DNA from: Octopus vulgaris
Taxonomy: Eukaryota
Assembly (NCBI GenBank): GCA_951406725.2
Contig: OX597816.1
Location: 180,854,001-180,918,000, forward strand
Length of the DNA: 64,000 nucleotides
Direction of reading: 5' to 3'
The notes below the pieces were generated by a model. It did not search any database. It was not told the DNA's origin and was given only the letters and a program-made list of their open reading frames with translations. The position numbers were made by a program, and so were the translations under genes. Positions 1 through 12,419 of the stretch are shown here, piece by piece. Each line of letters begins with the position of its first letter. Position 1 is the first letter of the stretch.

Positions 1-20
1 TCATTATTAATGTTGTTATG

Positions 21-54
<34 letters not shown>
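1..54. repeat. (ATT)n microsatellite
   Basis: Direct reading of the sequence. Confidence 0.9.
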
Positions 55-55
<1 letters not shown>

Positions 56-589
56 CGCAGAAAGAATTTGTAATTCATCTGCTGTATTTGTTGATTTTTC
101 CAGTAAAATTTCTTAAAAATATTGAAACCATTTGATTGTGTTTCAATTTGGGGAGAAATTTTGATTTGAAGCTATATTTTATGCCATACAAATATTTTTT
201 TCTCTATTATTTGATAAAACTGGGATAGTTTTATGACCTGAAATCATACTGGAAAAGGTTGAAAACTAAATTTGAAATTCAAACTGGAATTAAATTTCCA
301 TTAAAAATAATTTTGCATGGGAATTTTAATTTCAATTTTTTTAAATTTTCAGTAGTTTTTATTTATTTCATTTCAATTCAAGACAGTTTCTGTTTTATGT
401 TAGTATTTCAATTAAAAAATAGAATTGGAGAAATGGGTTTGAAATATTTCAGGTTCACATTTATTTTGAATATAAGATTTTATTCCTCAACACCTTATTT
501 TTACATCTGCTGGAATAAGTGGTATGAGTATAATAATGTTTGTCTGTCATTGTCGACAATTACCAAAGACATCATGTGCGAGAAGAAGA

Positions 590-985
590 TAGATCAAAGT
601 GTGACCAGCTGTAGCCAATCTGGTCATTGCATGCTCAGAAGGTTCTATTACAGGTCAGGTGCTAGTGGTCCACTGTGAATGAAGGCAAAGAGTTGGGTCT
701 GGACTTGTGAAGCTCACATTTTCTTTGTATTCCTGCAATCCTGTTCTGTTCTTAAGAGGTGGCACCTCTCTTGGTGCAGCTATGCCAAGCAAGGTGGTCC
801 TGTACTTATATTTCCCAGGTGTCGGGATTGATCTGAAAGTACTTCAGTGAGCTTTTGAGTGTATCTTTGAAGAACTTTTCCGACTCACCTTGTGTATGCT
901 TGCCTTCTGCCAATTCACTGTAAAAGTCTTTTGGGTAGTCATGTGTCAGGCATTCGAACAAGGCTAGTCACAGCCTGAGTCAGTT
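590..985 (-). pseudogene. RTE/BovB-like LINE, decayed 3' end of the ORF
   Basis: Minus-strand translation across stops and frameshifts gives LVRMPDT*LPKRL..SELAEGKHTQG..KFFKDTLKSSLKYFQINPDTWE..QDHLAWHSC, typical of the RTE C-terminus. Confidence 0.8.
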
Positions 986-1612
986 CTTATTCAGAGTTAT
1001 TGCTCACCTAGATAGTTCAGCAAACCATATTTCATTTATACTGTTTAGTTTATGTCTGATAACTATGGTTGGATGCTTTTCCCTAATATCAACCTCTTTA
1101 CAAAATCTATTGGGCTCATTTTATTATGGCATCAACACTAGTGAAGCTGCCTTTTACTTCACAAAACAAATGCATACTCACTGCTGTGTGTTGTGTCTGT
1201 TTATTGAAGGTAATATAAACTGTGGTGCAGGGTGAAGAGAGGACAATTGTTGAGGGTGAAAGAAGTGAGGGTATGAAAGGAGAAACAGTGATTGTAGAAT
1301 CATCTTTCTTGGACTTTGAGTGACTATCAAGAAAACATTACCACAAATTTTTAGGGAAAGTATATTTGATTAGATTGACTTGATTGGAACTTGTTTTATT
1401 GACTCTGTGAAGAGAGTAGTTTGACAGATGAGATGAGTAAGGAGGGACAGTGCAAGAAGGAGTAATTAAGAGAGACACCAATGACAGCTACATGTTTTTC
1501 TGGTAACTGGGAAAGGGAGCATGAGTTCTTATTAGCTGTAGAAATTGTAAGGGACATAAACAAGGAATGATTTGGAGAAGAGGAAATATAAAACAATAAT
1601 AATATTAGCTGA

Positions 1613-1983
1613 CTAGCAGTATCGCCCGGCGTTGCTCAGGTTTGTAAGGGAAATAACTATAAAGCATTTTTAGAGAGTTATAGCCAAAAAATAGCAAAAA
1701 AATGGGGGTAAATTTTTTGAGAGTTAAAAAGGTTGAGTTGCGTCCCCTAGACCATCTGTGGTTTGTGTTTCTGATTGTCGACCCCATGTCGAATTTATCG
1801 ATCTTTTTCAGAACTGGGGGAACTTTTCAAAATTTTCGCTGCGTTAGTTTTGAATTATGACATTGGGCTATGTGTGTGTCAAGTTTCATCAGAATCGGTT
1901 GAAAGCCGTGGTCAGGGTGAGGGTACAACCTAACAGACACACAGACACGCACACAGACAAACTGCCGTTTATATAGAGAGAGA
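1613..1983 (-). mobile_element. Non-autonomous Helitron
   Basis: The minus strand starts TC and ends with a GC hairpin (CCTGAGCAACGCCGGG) followed by CTAG. It is inserted between A and T with no TSD, and shares its 3' end with the copy at 16961. Confidence 0.8.
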
Positions 1984-3183
1984 TTAGGGACTGTGTGAGT
2001 GATGAATAGTTGACGTAAGAGTCATACAATTTTGGAAAATAAATAAGTGTACCTGTAAATATATTATCGGACAATTTAGTTAGAAAACAACAAAATAGTC
2101 TTTTCTCAAGTGAATCAGTTGGCATTTTGCAGGCCTATGATTAAAAATATTTCAACTATAGTTACTCTTTTTTTTTTATTTAGACATAGTTTACCTAGGA
2201 CTACATTATCCTATATATCATTTCTTTTTAACATAATCTTTTCCCAGGCTTTACAAAGACCTAGTCTTCAGTAATGTGATACAACAGTACAAATAACAAT
2301 ATTGATCTCTAACATTCACTCAAAATGAGAAATATTGATTCCAGAATGATGCTTATTTTATGAATCTTGGATGACAGTTGACCCTAGCGATGTTTGAAGT
2401 ATGAACATAGAGAACCATAAGTATATACTACATACCCATCATTCTAGTGATTCTATAGTCAGGTGCACTAATTATAATAATAATGATTTGTAACATAGGG
2501 TTGTGGTTTTGATTTTTAGACATGACTGTTTTGTGAATTTGAGCCAAACACTTCATTTTATGTTGCCATGCAATCACATCAACATCTGACATGTGGGACA
2601 CCATGCACCCACCTGTGCAGGCAATGTTGATTTGATGGAGAGACTGAGTTGATGTAAAGCACAAATATTTAATCACTGTAAAGATATCCTCTGTGCAGAT
2701 TGTTCAGCAAGAAATTGCAAAACTGTCTTTTTCAAGACTTGAGAAACAACCAAGGAGATAATACCACAAATGTTTGGGAAAAGTATATTTGATTAGACAG
2801 ACTTGATTGGAACATGTTTTATTGACCCAAAAAGATGAATGGCAAAGTCATCATGGTGGGATTTGAACTCAGAACATAAAGGGGCATAACTAAATAGTAC
2901 AGTACCTTTTGTCTGATGTTCCACTGATTCTGCCTTCCTAATAATGGTTACTAATTTAGGCCAACAATTCTGAAGGGAGATGGTAAGCTGATACTATTGA
3001 CCTCTGCTCTTGACTGGTACTTTATTTTATTGGCCCACAAAAAGATGAAAGGCAAAGTTAATCTCAGCAAGATTTGAATCATCCACTACCCTGTTAATAA
3101 TAAGTGATTAAAAGCATAAGTAGATGATTCATCTTAAGCACCCGTCTACTTTCTGAAGTCAGAGAAAGTAAACAAATTGAAGA

Positions 3184-3551
3184 AGGCATGGCTGTATGAT
3201 AAGAAGTTTGGTTCCCATTTACATAGTTCCAAGTTCAGACCTACTGTGTGCCACTTTGGGCAAGTGTCTTCTACTACAGTCTCAGGCTGACCAAAGCCTT
3301 GTGAGTGGACTTGATAGACTGAAACTGAAAGAAGCTTGTCATATATATATATGTGTGTATGTGTTTGTCCTCCACCACTGCTTGAAACCAGTGTTGATAT
3401 GTTTACATCCCTGTAACTTAGCAGCTCAGCAAAAGATACCCATAGAAAAGTACCAAGCTTTACAAAAAAATAAGTCCTGGGGTTGACTAAAATTCTTCAA
3501 AGCAGGGCCCCAGCATGGCCACAGTCTAATGACTGAAACAAATAAAAGATA
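3184..3551 (+). mobile_element. tRNA-derived CORE-type SINE (octopus OR-like), CpG-decayed copy
   Basis: Colinear with the copy at 4228-4637, including the TTGGGCAAGTGTCTTCT core. CpGs are converted to TG/CA. Confidence 0.85.
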
Positions 3552-3737
3552 ACTGTAATATGGATTTGAGAAAAGTAATGATTGGCAACAGTTAATCGAT
3601 AGAAGAGTTCAATAAGTTCAATTCACTGGATTGTGGACAAAACAACCCATTCTATAACTTTACTTCCTCTTTCTTCCGTCCATCTCAATCAAATAACAAA
3701 TATGTCCTGAAAAGACCAGCAGAAGGGAACCTGTGAC

Positions 3738-3957
3738 CCCTTTAGCATTCAGATTACACTCTCAAATGTAATGTTTATTTGTTCACAATTGTTTTAAATT
3801 AATCATGCATTGTGTCATAATTTCAAGATTTCAATATGATGTGGATGTTTATTTTTAGAATGACATTGTAGGGTAGGTGTGAAAGATCGGACCTGGCTGG
3901 TTTGAATATAAAAACAGGTAGAATATTTAGTTTGGATATGGTTTGAATGCTAAAGGG
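3738..3957. mobile_element. piggyBac-type MITE
   Basis: 14-bp TIR CCCTTTAGCATTCA / TGAATGCTAAAGGG. TTAA lies on the right side; the left target site is mutated. Confidence 0.75.
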
Positions 3958-4227
3958 TTAAGGGGAAAATTATTATATTAGTGAACCCAGTCATAGTTTT
4001 ATTGTTTTAAATTTATTTAAAATCTATTGTTTCAATTAATTGCAGATTTTAGAAACATTCATTTAGTTTTCATTATCTACATTTGCTTGTTTAAAGTAAT
4101 TACAAAAGTGTTTTTAAAAAATGTTCATAAAGAAATAGGAATAATTATATTTTATAAAATAAGTTTAGCAGTATAAACTTATTTATAAGTTTATACTTAT
4201 ATATAAACTTATATATAAAGCAGTATA

Positions 4228-4637
4228 GGCGCAGGAGTGGCTGTGTGGTAAGTAGCTTGCTAACCAACCACATGGCTCCGGGTTCAGTCCCACTGCGTGG
4301 CATCTTGGGCAAGTGTCTTCTGCTATAGCCCCGGGCCGACCAATGCCTTGTGAGTGGATTTGGTAGACGGAAACTGAAAGAAGCCTGTCGTATATATGTA
4401 TATATATATGTGTGTGTGTTTGTGTGTTTGTCCCCCTAGCATTGCTTGACAACCGATGCTGGTGTGTTTACGTCCCCGTCACTTAGCGGTTCGGCAAAAA
4501 GAGACCGATAGAATAAGTACTGGGCTTACAAAGAATAAGTCCCGGGGTCGATTTGCTCGACTAAAGGCGGTGCTCCAGCATGGCCGCAGTCAAATGACTG
4601 AAACAAGTAAAAGAGTAAAGAGTAAAAAGAGAGAGAG
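4228..4637 (+). mobile_element. tRNA-derived CORE-type SINE, near full length
   Basis: A box TGGCTGTGTGG, B box GGTTCAGTCC, CORE-like CTTGGGCAAGTG, internal (TA)/(TG) tract and an AAAGAGT-repeat tail. Several other copies occur in the window. Confidence 0.9.
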
Positions 4638-5299
4638 TATAAAGATGTTTATGAAATGCAGCCTGGTTGGATGAGGGTGCATCTTTCAGTGCAGCTTTCC
4701 AACATAACAAAAAAAAGGTTCCCTATCCTAGCATTAGATTCATTAATCCTCGCAACATATGAAGTTATCAAAATGTATGAACTTTTTATTATTAACTGAA
4801 ATATCTATGACAAAATTCATCAGGACAGATTATCATTGAAATAACGTTATAGAGACTTGGCTTATTCTTTTGTCAAGTTCAAGGTAATTGGCATGAGGAC
4901 AACATAACATCTCTTAGAACAGGATTTTTTGTAGGTGGTGAGGCTGTGACAATTGAAATGAGCAGAAAAATTGCTAGGTTTAATAAAATTAAGAATATTT
5001 ATAACTTTCTTAATTCGTCCAAAACAATGACTAAGAAAAAATTAAATGAGCTCAAAATCTTGCTTTCTCATTAATAAAGAGATGGTGAAAAAAATTCAGT
5101 AATTTTTTCTTGTGTTTGTGAGGTCAGGAATGGTATTTGTGAGTTTAAGAACCACTTAGATAACACAAGCTTAATGTCCAAGTTCTGAGGGGAATCCATA
5201 CTATCTTGAACTAGATGTGCATTTATGAAAGTTATTCATTAATACATCCACTACCTCATCACACATATCTATTCACCACAATGGAACTAATTGTTATTA

Positions 5300-7262
5300 T
5301 TGGTTTCAAATTTTTACACAAGGTTCACAAATTTGAGGGAGGGTGTAAGTCAATTACATTGACCCCAGTATTCAACTGGTACTTATTTTATTGACCCTGA
5401 AAGGACAACAGGTAAAAACAGACAAAATGCTGTTAAGTATTTTGCCCGTTGTACTAATGGTTTTGCCAGCTCGCTGCCTTAACTGATTATTATTACTGCC
5501 ATGCTGTGAAAGTGGCCAGCTGGTAGAATCAGACGAAATGCTTGCTGGCATTTCATTCGTTCTTACATTCAGAGTTTCAGTGCAGCCAAGTTTGACTTGG
5601 CTTTTCATTCTTTCAGGGTCGATGAAATAAGTATCAGATGGGCACTGACATCTATACAATTGACTAGTCCACTACCCAACAAATTTCTGGTCTTATGGAT
5701 ATAGTAGAAAGGATTATTGCCATGCTGTGGCAAGCTGACAGTCATTAGCATGCTGGACATAATGCTTAGTGGTATTTTTTCCGGCAGCTCTGCATTTTGA
5801 GTTCAAATTTGGCCAAGGTTGACTACCTTTCATCCATTCGGGGCTCTATGAAATAAGTACCAGTTACATACTCGGGTTGATATAATTAACTAGCACCCTC
5901 CCCAAAATTTCAGGCCTTGTGCCTGTAATCGAAAAAATTATTGCCATCCCCGTAATAACTGTTTTTAGCTGTAGCACAAATCTATTTGAAGGAGGGGGGT
6001 AAGTCAATTAAATCAACCCTAGTACTTCCCTGGTACTTCATCAACCTCTGGAAGGTAAAGTTGACTTTGGTGATAGTTCAACTCAGAACGAAGAGGGATG
6101 CAACAAAATACCATAATGTATTATTTTGTTTCATGCTCCCACGATTCTACCAGTCCATCACTCTGTTGTGATAAAGGTTTTAAATTTTGACACAAGGCCA
6201 GCAATTTCGGGGAGAGACTAAGTCGATTACATCGACCCTAGTGTTCAACTGGTACGTATTTTATCGACCCCGAAAGTACGAAAGGCAAAGTCGACCTCGG
6301 CGAAATTTGAACTCAGAACGTAAAGGCGGACGAAACGCCGCTAAGCATTTTACCAGGAACGCTAACGGTCCTGCCAGTTCGACGCCTTCATTGATGTAAT
6401 TATTGAAAATTCTTTCAAGTCTCAAGATGAAGTTAACAGTCCTAGAAACTATCTCATTAACAACAACTCTCAGATATTATTTTATTCAATAATTATTAAC
6501 TTGCTTTCAGTATATACCTGGAATTTATTTTACTTCCCCCCCTCCGCGATTTTTGAGACTGAGCAGCAATTGTATCAATCTCATGTTTGCAAAGGAAACT
6601 CTCCATCTCTCTTGGATTACTGAAAAAGGAAAAAAAATAATAATTTCACCCTTTATTGTAATAATTCCCAAATAAAGGGTAACGAATGATACAAACAAGG
6701 GATTAAATGACGCAGGAAGAATCTAATTCACAGCCTTTCAGGTTTAAGTTACGTCCTTGTACGCCCTGAATTCAAATCCTATCGAGTTCTAGAGGCATCA
6801 AAATAAGTTGGTTCAATCAAATGCTGGCTCGTTTTTGTCGACTCTATCACCTCCTCCAAATTTTGCTATTTTGTGCTAATATAGGTTTCAAATTTTGACA
6901 GAAGGCCAGTAAATTCGGGGCTATGGGTAAATCGATGACATTGACCCCCAAGTGTTCAACTGGTACTTATTCTATCGACTCCGAAAGGACGATAGACAAA
7001 GTCGACCTCGGCGGATTTGAACTCAGAACATATTTCCAGTTAATATTAGAAATCAATATTGTCAATGAACAAAGCGTCGAGCTGGTAGAATCGTTAGCAC
7101 GCCGGGTAAAATGCTTAGCATGAATTCACATTCCACCGAGGTCAACTTTGCCTCTGATCCTTTCGGGATCCATAAAATAAGTACCAGTTGAGCTCTGGGA
7201 TCAATGTAATCGACTCATCCCCCGCCTCCCGAAGTTGCTGGCCTTGTGCCAATATTAGAAAG
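5300..7262. mobile_element. Cluster of about 7-8 Nin/Deu-domain SINE copies in both orientations
   Basis: Repeated GAGTTCAAATTCCGCCGAGGTCGACTTTGCCTTTCATCCTTTCGGGGTCGATAAAATAAGTACCAG motif. Approximate copies: 5300-5480(-), 5513-5717(+), 5730-5940(+), 5970-6150(-), 6176-6389(-), 6884-7030(-), 7072-7262(+). Confidence 0.85.
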
Positions 7263-8299
7263 TAAGAAGCGGCATTGGAGCACGGTTATTGTTTATAGAA
7301 TTACTGGCGGCAGATCTTGCAAGAGTTGAATTTGGTTTTTCTCTATTTGGTATCACCGAAAAATAAGTGTCAATGCGATACTGTAATCGATTTAATAACT
7401 GCTTTTCTTATGGTACTCAGCAAAAATCGATAATGTTTAATTGGGGATTCTACATTGATGGTTCTATTTATATTGAGTCCATGAACTGGTTGTCACTTAA
7501 AAACCACCAATAGACGTTTTAACCGCTATGCTGTAGAAAATGTTTGGCTATTATTTTTCAGACTTCTTTTTTTTTTTTGTATATTTCATAGCTATATTGC
7601 AAGTATATAATAACAGTTACTAGCATAAATTCCTGACAAATGTGTAATTATGAATGTGTGTGTGTGTGTGTTTTCGTTTTTATGTTTCAATTGGAAGAGA
7701 TCAACGATGACCGAGAGAGAACATGGCTAGTAAACATAGAAACACGCTATGTTCGAGTTATTCAAAATACTATCGATTAAGTATCTGGCAATCATTGAAG
7801 GTTATCCAAATGTAGAGTTAACTCTGACGACCTGTGATAATTTTACAGACAGATTGAAAATAACAAACAACCAAAGTGTTGGCAAAGAAAGACCGGTTTA
7901 GTGGGCTCCGAATGGAAGGAATCCATGTGGAAATAAACTGGTAAAACAACTAAATGTGCAACAGTCAAACCATTTAAAAGCCAATAACAACAACGATTTC
8001 TAACACAGGTAAAAGACCTCAGTTTCTTTGTGTGGTGGTTGGAGTGGGTAGTCGAGAAGACAGTAAAGTATACTAACGTCAGTACTGGTTTGATACTGTA
8101 AGGTTTCGATCCCAGCAAGGATAAAAAGCAAAGACAGTCGTGGCTAGGTTTGAATTCAGAACTTAATTATATCAAGGGATTTTTTTTAAATCTTTTACTC
8201 ATACCATTTTTGCTATGGTGGAATAGGCGAACACTAAAAAAATAAATAAATAAACTGATCTTACAACAGTTAGTATCATCTAACACTAAGAGGTGTTAG

Positions 8300-10870
8300 G
8301 GAGTTCACGAAGAAGAAAAATCTTATCCATAACTCAATTCTGATAACCACCAGATGCAACAAACGGCTTCCTTCTTCCACCTCATGAACGCCATGTGTCC
8401 CTAGCTCTTTTGATGTCACTTGTGACCTCTGTGTTCGCTCACCATATTGCACGCCCCACTGATCTAAATACAGCAACAAGCTTACAAAATAATTCAATGA
8501 AAATAAGCAATAACCATCATTCTATACAACAATGTACACTCGAAAAATATAGCCTAAACCATCATCACTATTTCGTAGTCACTCGTCCACCGAGGAGGAC
8601 ACGGCACCATAATATTGGCCTCGTCCTTTTCTCGTTCGTCATCACTTGCTTTCTACATCTAAAGTAGGGCATGAAATTCAGTCAACCGAAACATTGTTCA
8701 AGGAATTCCTATTCATCACCGTTTCCTCTCCCTTTGAAATGTGCAGAGAGCATCCTTTTTCTACACCCATTAGTATCGCACTTGGATATCTCCATTCGAA
8801 CTGGAACATTATTCTCTGAGTCAGTGAGGTATTCGCCAAGCCTAACCTTGGTGACATGTTATACGAGAACAAAGCTCAGCCTATGTGCAATTCATAAGAA
8901 ACATTTGATATTCCACTTGTCCAGCATCCTTTTCAGCGATTCTGAACAAAATGCTACATGGTCAGACATCACTTATTTCCTTTGACACCCTCGCACTTTC
9001 AGTTACTGACTCTCCCTTAATCTCTCTCAAAATAGCCACCTCTCCGAATTCACAGTGAATCTTGTAAAGTGCCACATCAACTGTTCATCTCCTTCAAATG
9101 TCTTCTGCTCGAATCTTCCCGTCTTATGCACGTTCGGCGCGGGGTTAGCTGACTGCCATAGATCTTAACACCTAACCATCTTCGAAGATCTCTCTTGCGA
9201 CATAAAAATCAACTTTTTATTTTATCAAAAGTAGAGTTCTGTCCACTACTAGCACCATACTATATAACCTCTTTCTCGGATTTAAACACATACCAGCTCC
9301 TTCTAACAGGATCCTTCCGCACCCCACTATGTCTTTTATCATAGTAACTATCCTATTCTCCACCTTCACTTTCCCGCTCACTCAGTTCTTATCGTGATAT
9401 GGCTATATGGAATTCAGAGCGATTCAATGATAAAGGACCGCCAGCCTTCCACATGGAGAACAGTTTCCTTTGACTCAGAGAAATTTTCAGTTCTGGGATC
9501 TCATTATCCTTCTAAAACACCGACTTGCCCACCTTTTCATTCATCCCGGTAGTTTTGCAGTCAATTATAAACTTGTTCCCCTACTTTGTAAAGAACACTC
9601 TTAACGGTTCACCTTACTTTCAGCACTAGAGTCACTCCTTTCCAGAATAATTCACCAATATAATTCAATTGTACATTGCTCGACATCTAACTGTATAGAA
9701 ATCTTTGTCCACAATCTATAAGAGACATTTCTTTCTCCAGAGCTCACAATGTTTCCCTGTCAGCAGATCATATCTATACCCAACCCATCGACACTATCAA
9801 CAATGTGGATAATCCCGATTACCTAAGCATCAAATAGTGTTCCATGTACCATCAAAAGCACAGATCTGGTACCTCTAGACCTAAACACATTACCCCTGAA
9901 CACCTCCATACTACTGATCCCACTCCAGCTTTCCTCTAGTCACTAAAGTGGTTGTCCAAACCGTGTCAAGAGGGCCCTCTCACCATACTCTCTACCACAA
10001 TTTCGAATACGGGTAGTGAACGAGGGATTACCTGTACCCAATTGAGGCAGTAGCTACCGGCATAGCAGTCTTCTCCTGTGACTGTTTTCCTATCTACAAG
10101 AGTTTCCAGAATGACCCTGTAACATTGGAAGCAAATCAATTCAGGATTGGGCTCTTGCGATCCCGATTATATGTGGCTTGTAATCTTTAAAGCACATTCC
10201 TCGAATGTTCAAAGGGTGGTTTCATTACCCCAAATCTCACCGAAACCACTGCTGCAAGATCTCTCTTGAGTTTTGTTTCACATTGACTATCAAGACCTGG
10301 TGACTAAATCGCCCACAGCCACAATGTCCGGCAACCGCCGCAGCCCCACCAAAATTTAATTAGGGAAGTAAGCCACTTTCGAATTTGTCTCCGGTAAGTC
10401 CAGATAGAGCAATCAACCTTCCAATCTCATTAACGCGTCCACTTGTTTTCTGATGTACTTAACACTTTCTAGCTCATTAGAGGCAACTGCGAAAGTCTCT
10501 GATGATCCCCGTGTCTAACTGGTCTTCGTCACTCGTCTCTGAGTACAGAGTTAACGTAGTCCCTTCCAGATACAACAGCAAACACTTCGTAACGTGGCAC
10601 TTCCTACAGTTTCGCTATAAGTCATACTTTCTTCGGCCCCTTGTCCAAACTCCATCACCTTATCGTTTCGCTACTGATCCAAATATTCTCCGACATATCT
10701 CTTTTGTTCACTGAAATATGCGAATAGAAAAATATGGTCGAGCATAAAGAATGAAATTTCGTTGGCCAGCAGAAGCAACAAATTATTTTTTCTTCTCCCA
10801 AATACCCCGCACCGCTGCCTCTCCCGACCGACGTCACTTTCATCATTAATGTCTGACTTTCACATTGCAA
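8300..10870 (-). pseudogene. Heavily decayed Ty3/gypsy gag-pol relic
   Basis: Minus-strand motifs: protease-like AL/DTVWTTTLV (about 9945-9980), then integrase-like VDRTLLL, QSANPAP, DVALY..EVAILREIKGE and VMSDHVAFCSESLKRMLDKWNIK (about 8900-9260). Protease precedes integrase. Ends not defined. Confidence 0.7.
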
Positions 10871-11093
10871 TCATAATGTGTTGAAAAAAGAAAAAGGTAA
10901 AAATTACTAAATTATAAAATTGAAAGCTTTCTCACTTACAATGACGACTGCTTCAGTAGTTATAAATAAGATATAGATATATGCATATAGACATTATGCG
11001 ACTTACAACTATTTAAACTGAACCAAATAAATGAGGGTATCCAGTCAATCTTCTCTGTGTATGAATATATGAGCATTTGAATATATTTTGATT

Positions 11094-11463
11094 TCAAATT
11101 TTGGCACAAGGCCAGTAATTTCGGGGGATAAGAACTTGGCTGGTACTTATTTTATTGAGCTCGAAAAGATGAAGGCAAAGTCGACCTCGGCGGAATTTGA
11201 ACTCAGAACGTAAAGACGGATGAAATACCTATATCTTTACTACCCACAAGGGGCCAAACACAGAGAGGACAAACAAGGACAGACAAACGGATTAAGTCGA
11301 TTATATCGACCCCAGTGCGTAACTGGTACTTAATTTATCGACCCTGAGAGGATGAAAGGCAAAGTCAACCTCGGCGGAATTTGAACTCAGAACGTAGCGG
11401 CAGACGAAATACGGTTACACATTTCGCCCGGCGTGCTAACGATTCTGCCAGCACGCCGCCTTC
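11094..11463 (-). mobile_element. Two abutting Nin/Deu-domain SINEs with different 3' tails
   Basis: Copies at 11094-11228 and 11229-11463. The tail of the second (TACTACCCACAAGGGG on +) recurs at about 54385 and 59890. Confidence 0.85.
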
Positions 11464-11721
11464 ATTTGAATATATATTAATTACTAATCAGATAAGAATT
11501 GGATAGGTCGAACCTCGTTATAATGTTAGAAATCATTATTGACAACAGAGGAAATTTCTTACAAAAAAATTCTTACAAAAATCTCTGCTTCAAGGACATA
11601 TAATTTCCTGTTTTAAGGGTTTTTATAAATTAAAACTTTATATAATTTTATGCAACTTCTGTTAACTATTATTTACATTATTTACATTTGACGGATATTT
11701 GTCCTCATCTTGTTTGTTGTT

Positions 11722-11767
11722 AACACAACGTTTCGGCTGATATTCCCTCAAGCTTTCATCAGGTGTC
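11722..11767 (-). ncRNA. Minimal type I hammerhead ribozyme motif
   Basis: GACAC-CTGATGA-stem II (imperfect, AGCTTGA/TCAGCC)-GAAAC-GTT-GTGTT, with palindromic ACGT as stem III. Confidence 0.65.
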
Positions 11768-11832
11768 TTGGGGAAATTTCGAACCTGGGTTCTCGTTCCT
11801 AAGGTATTTTTCGATATTGTTATTATTATTAT

Positions 11833-12363
11833 TGAGTGAGAGAGCAGTGCATGCTATCAAAGTGACACTGGGGTAAAATATACGAAGCCCAGTATACCCA
11901 TCATGACTACCTGTCTGATAAGGATACACCAGTCACACGCATCACAACCATATGTGTGTGACATGGTGGTCTCATATCAAGATAAACAGCACATGGCCTA
12001 GCAGGTGGGATCCAGTTAGAATTTTCTTCTAGTCGAGTAACCCATCCCGCTCAAAAGATCCCCGAATAAGGGTTGTTTAAGGATAGAGGTGAATTATTCA
12101 AACCCCAAAGAATCCCTCTCAACACACGGCTATGATTCTTCCCCACTACTTCTGCTCGTGATCAGAGATGCACATATCGTCAGCCACTAAGGGACATGCT
12201 CAACTGGTTAAGGTCAAACAACTGACAAGCAAATCTGTGGTATTGAGCAGAATATTTGCTGTAGCCCATGTTTTATACCAAGACAAAGCAATGCATATAG
12301 TAACACTTCCAATCAGTTAAGATCAGAAGCCATGAGAGCCACTGCCTGGTACTGCATCAGGGC

Positions 12364-12367
<4 letters not shown>
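11833..12367. mobile_element. Unclassified interspersed insert within (ATT)n
   Basis: Higher-complexity block with sharp ATT-repeat borders on both sides and no ORF. Confidence 0.5.

Positions 12368-12419
<52 letters not shown>

Noticed and set aside
259-678. 139-aa ORF
   Set aside because: TTG start, AT-rich low-complexity N-terminus, and a C-terminus that is the antisense of an RTE relic.
4228-4300. tRNA gene at SINE heads (also at 12420-12484)
   Set aside because: A and B boxes are present but there is no complete cloverleaf, and the sequence continues into SINE bodies.
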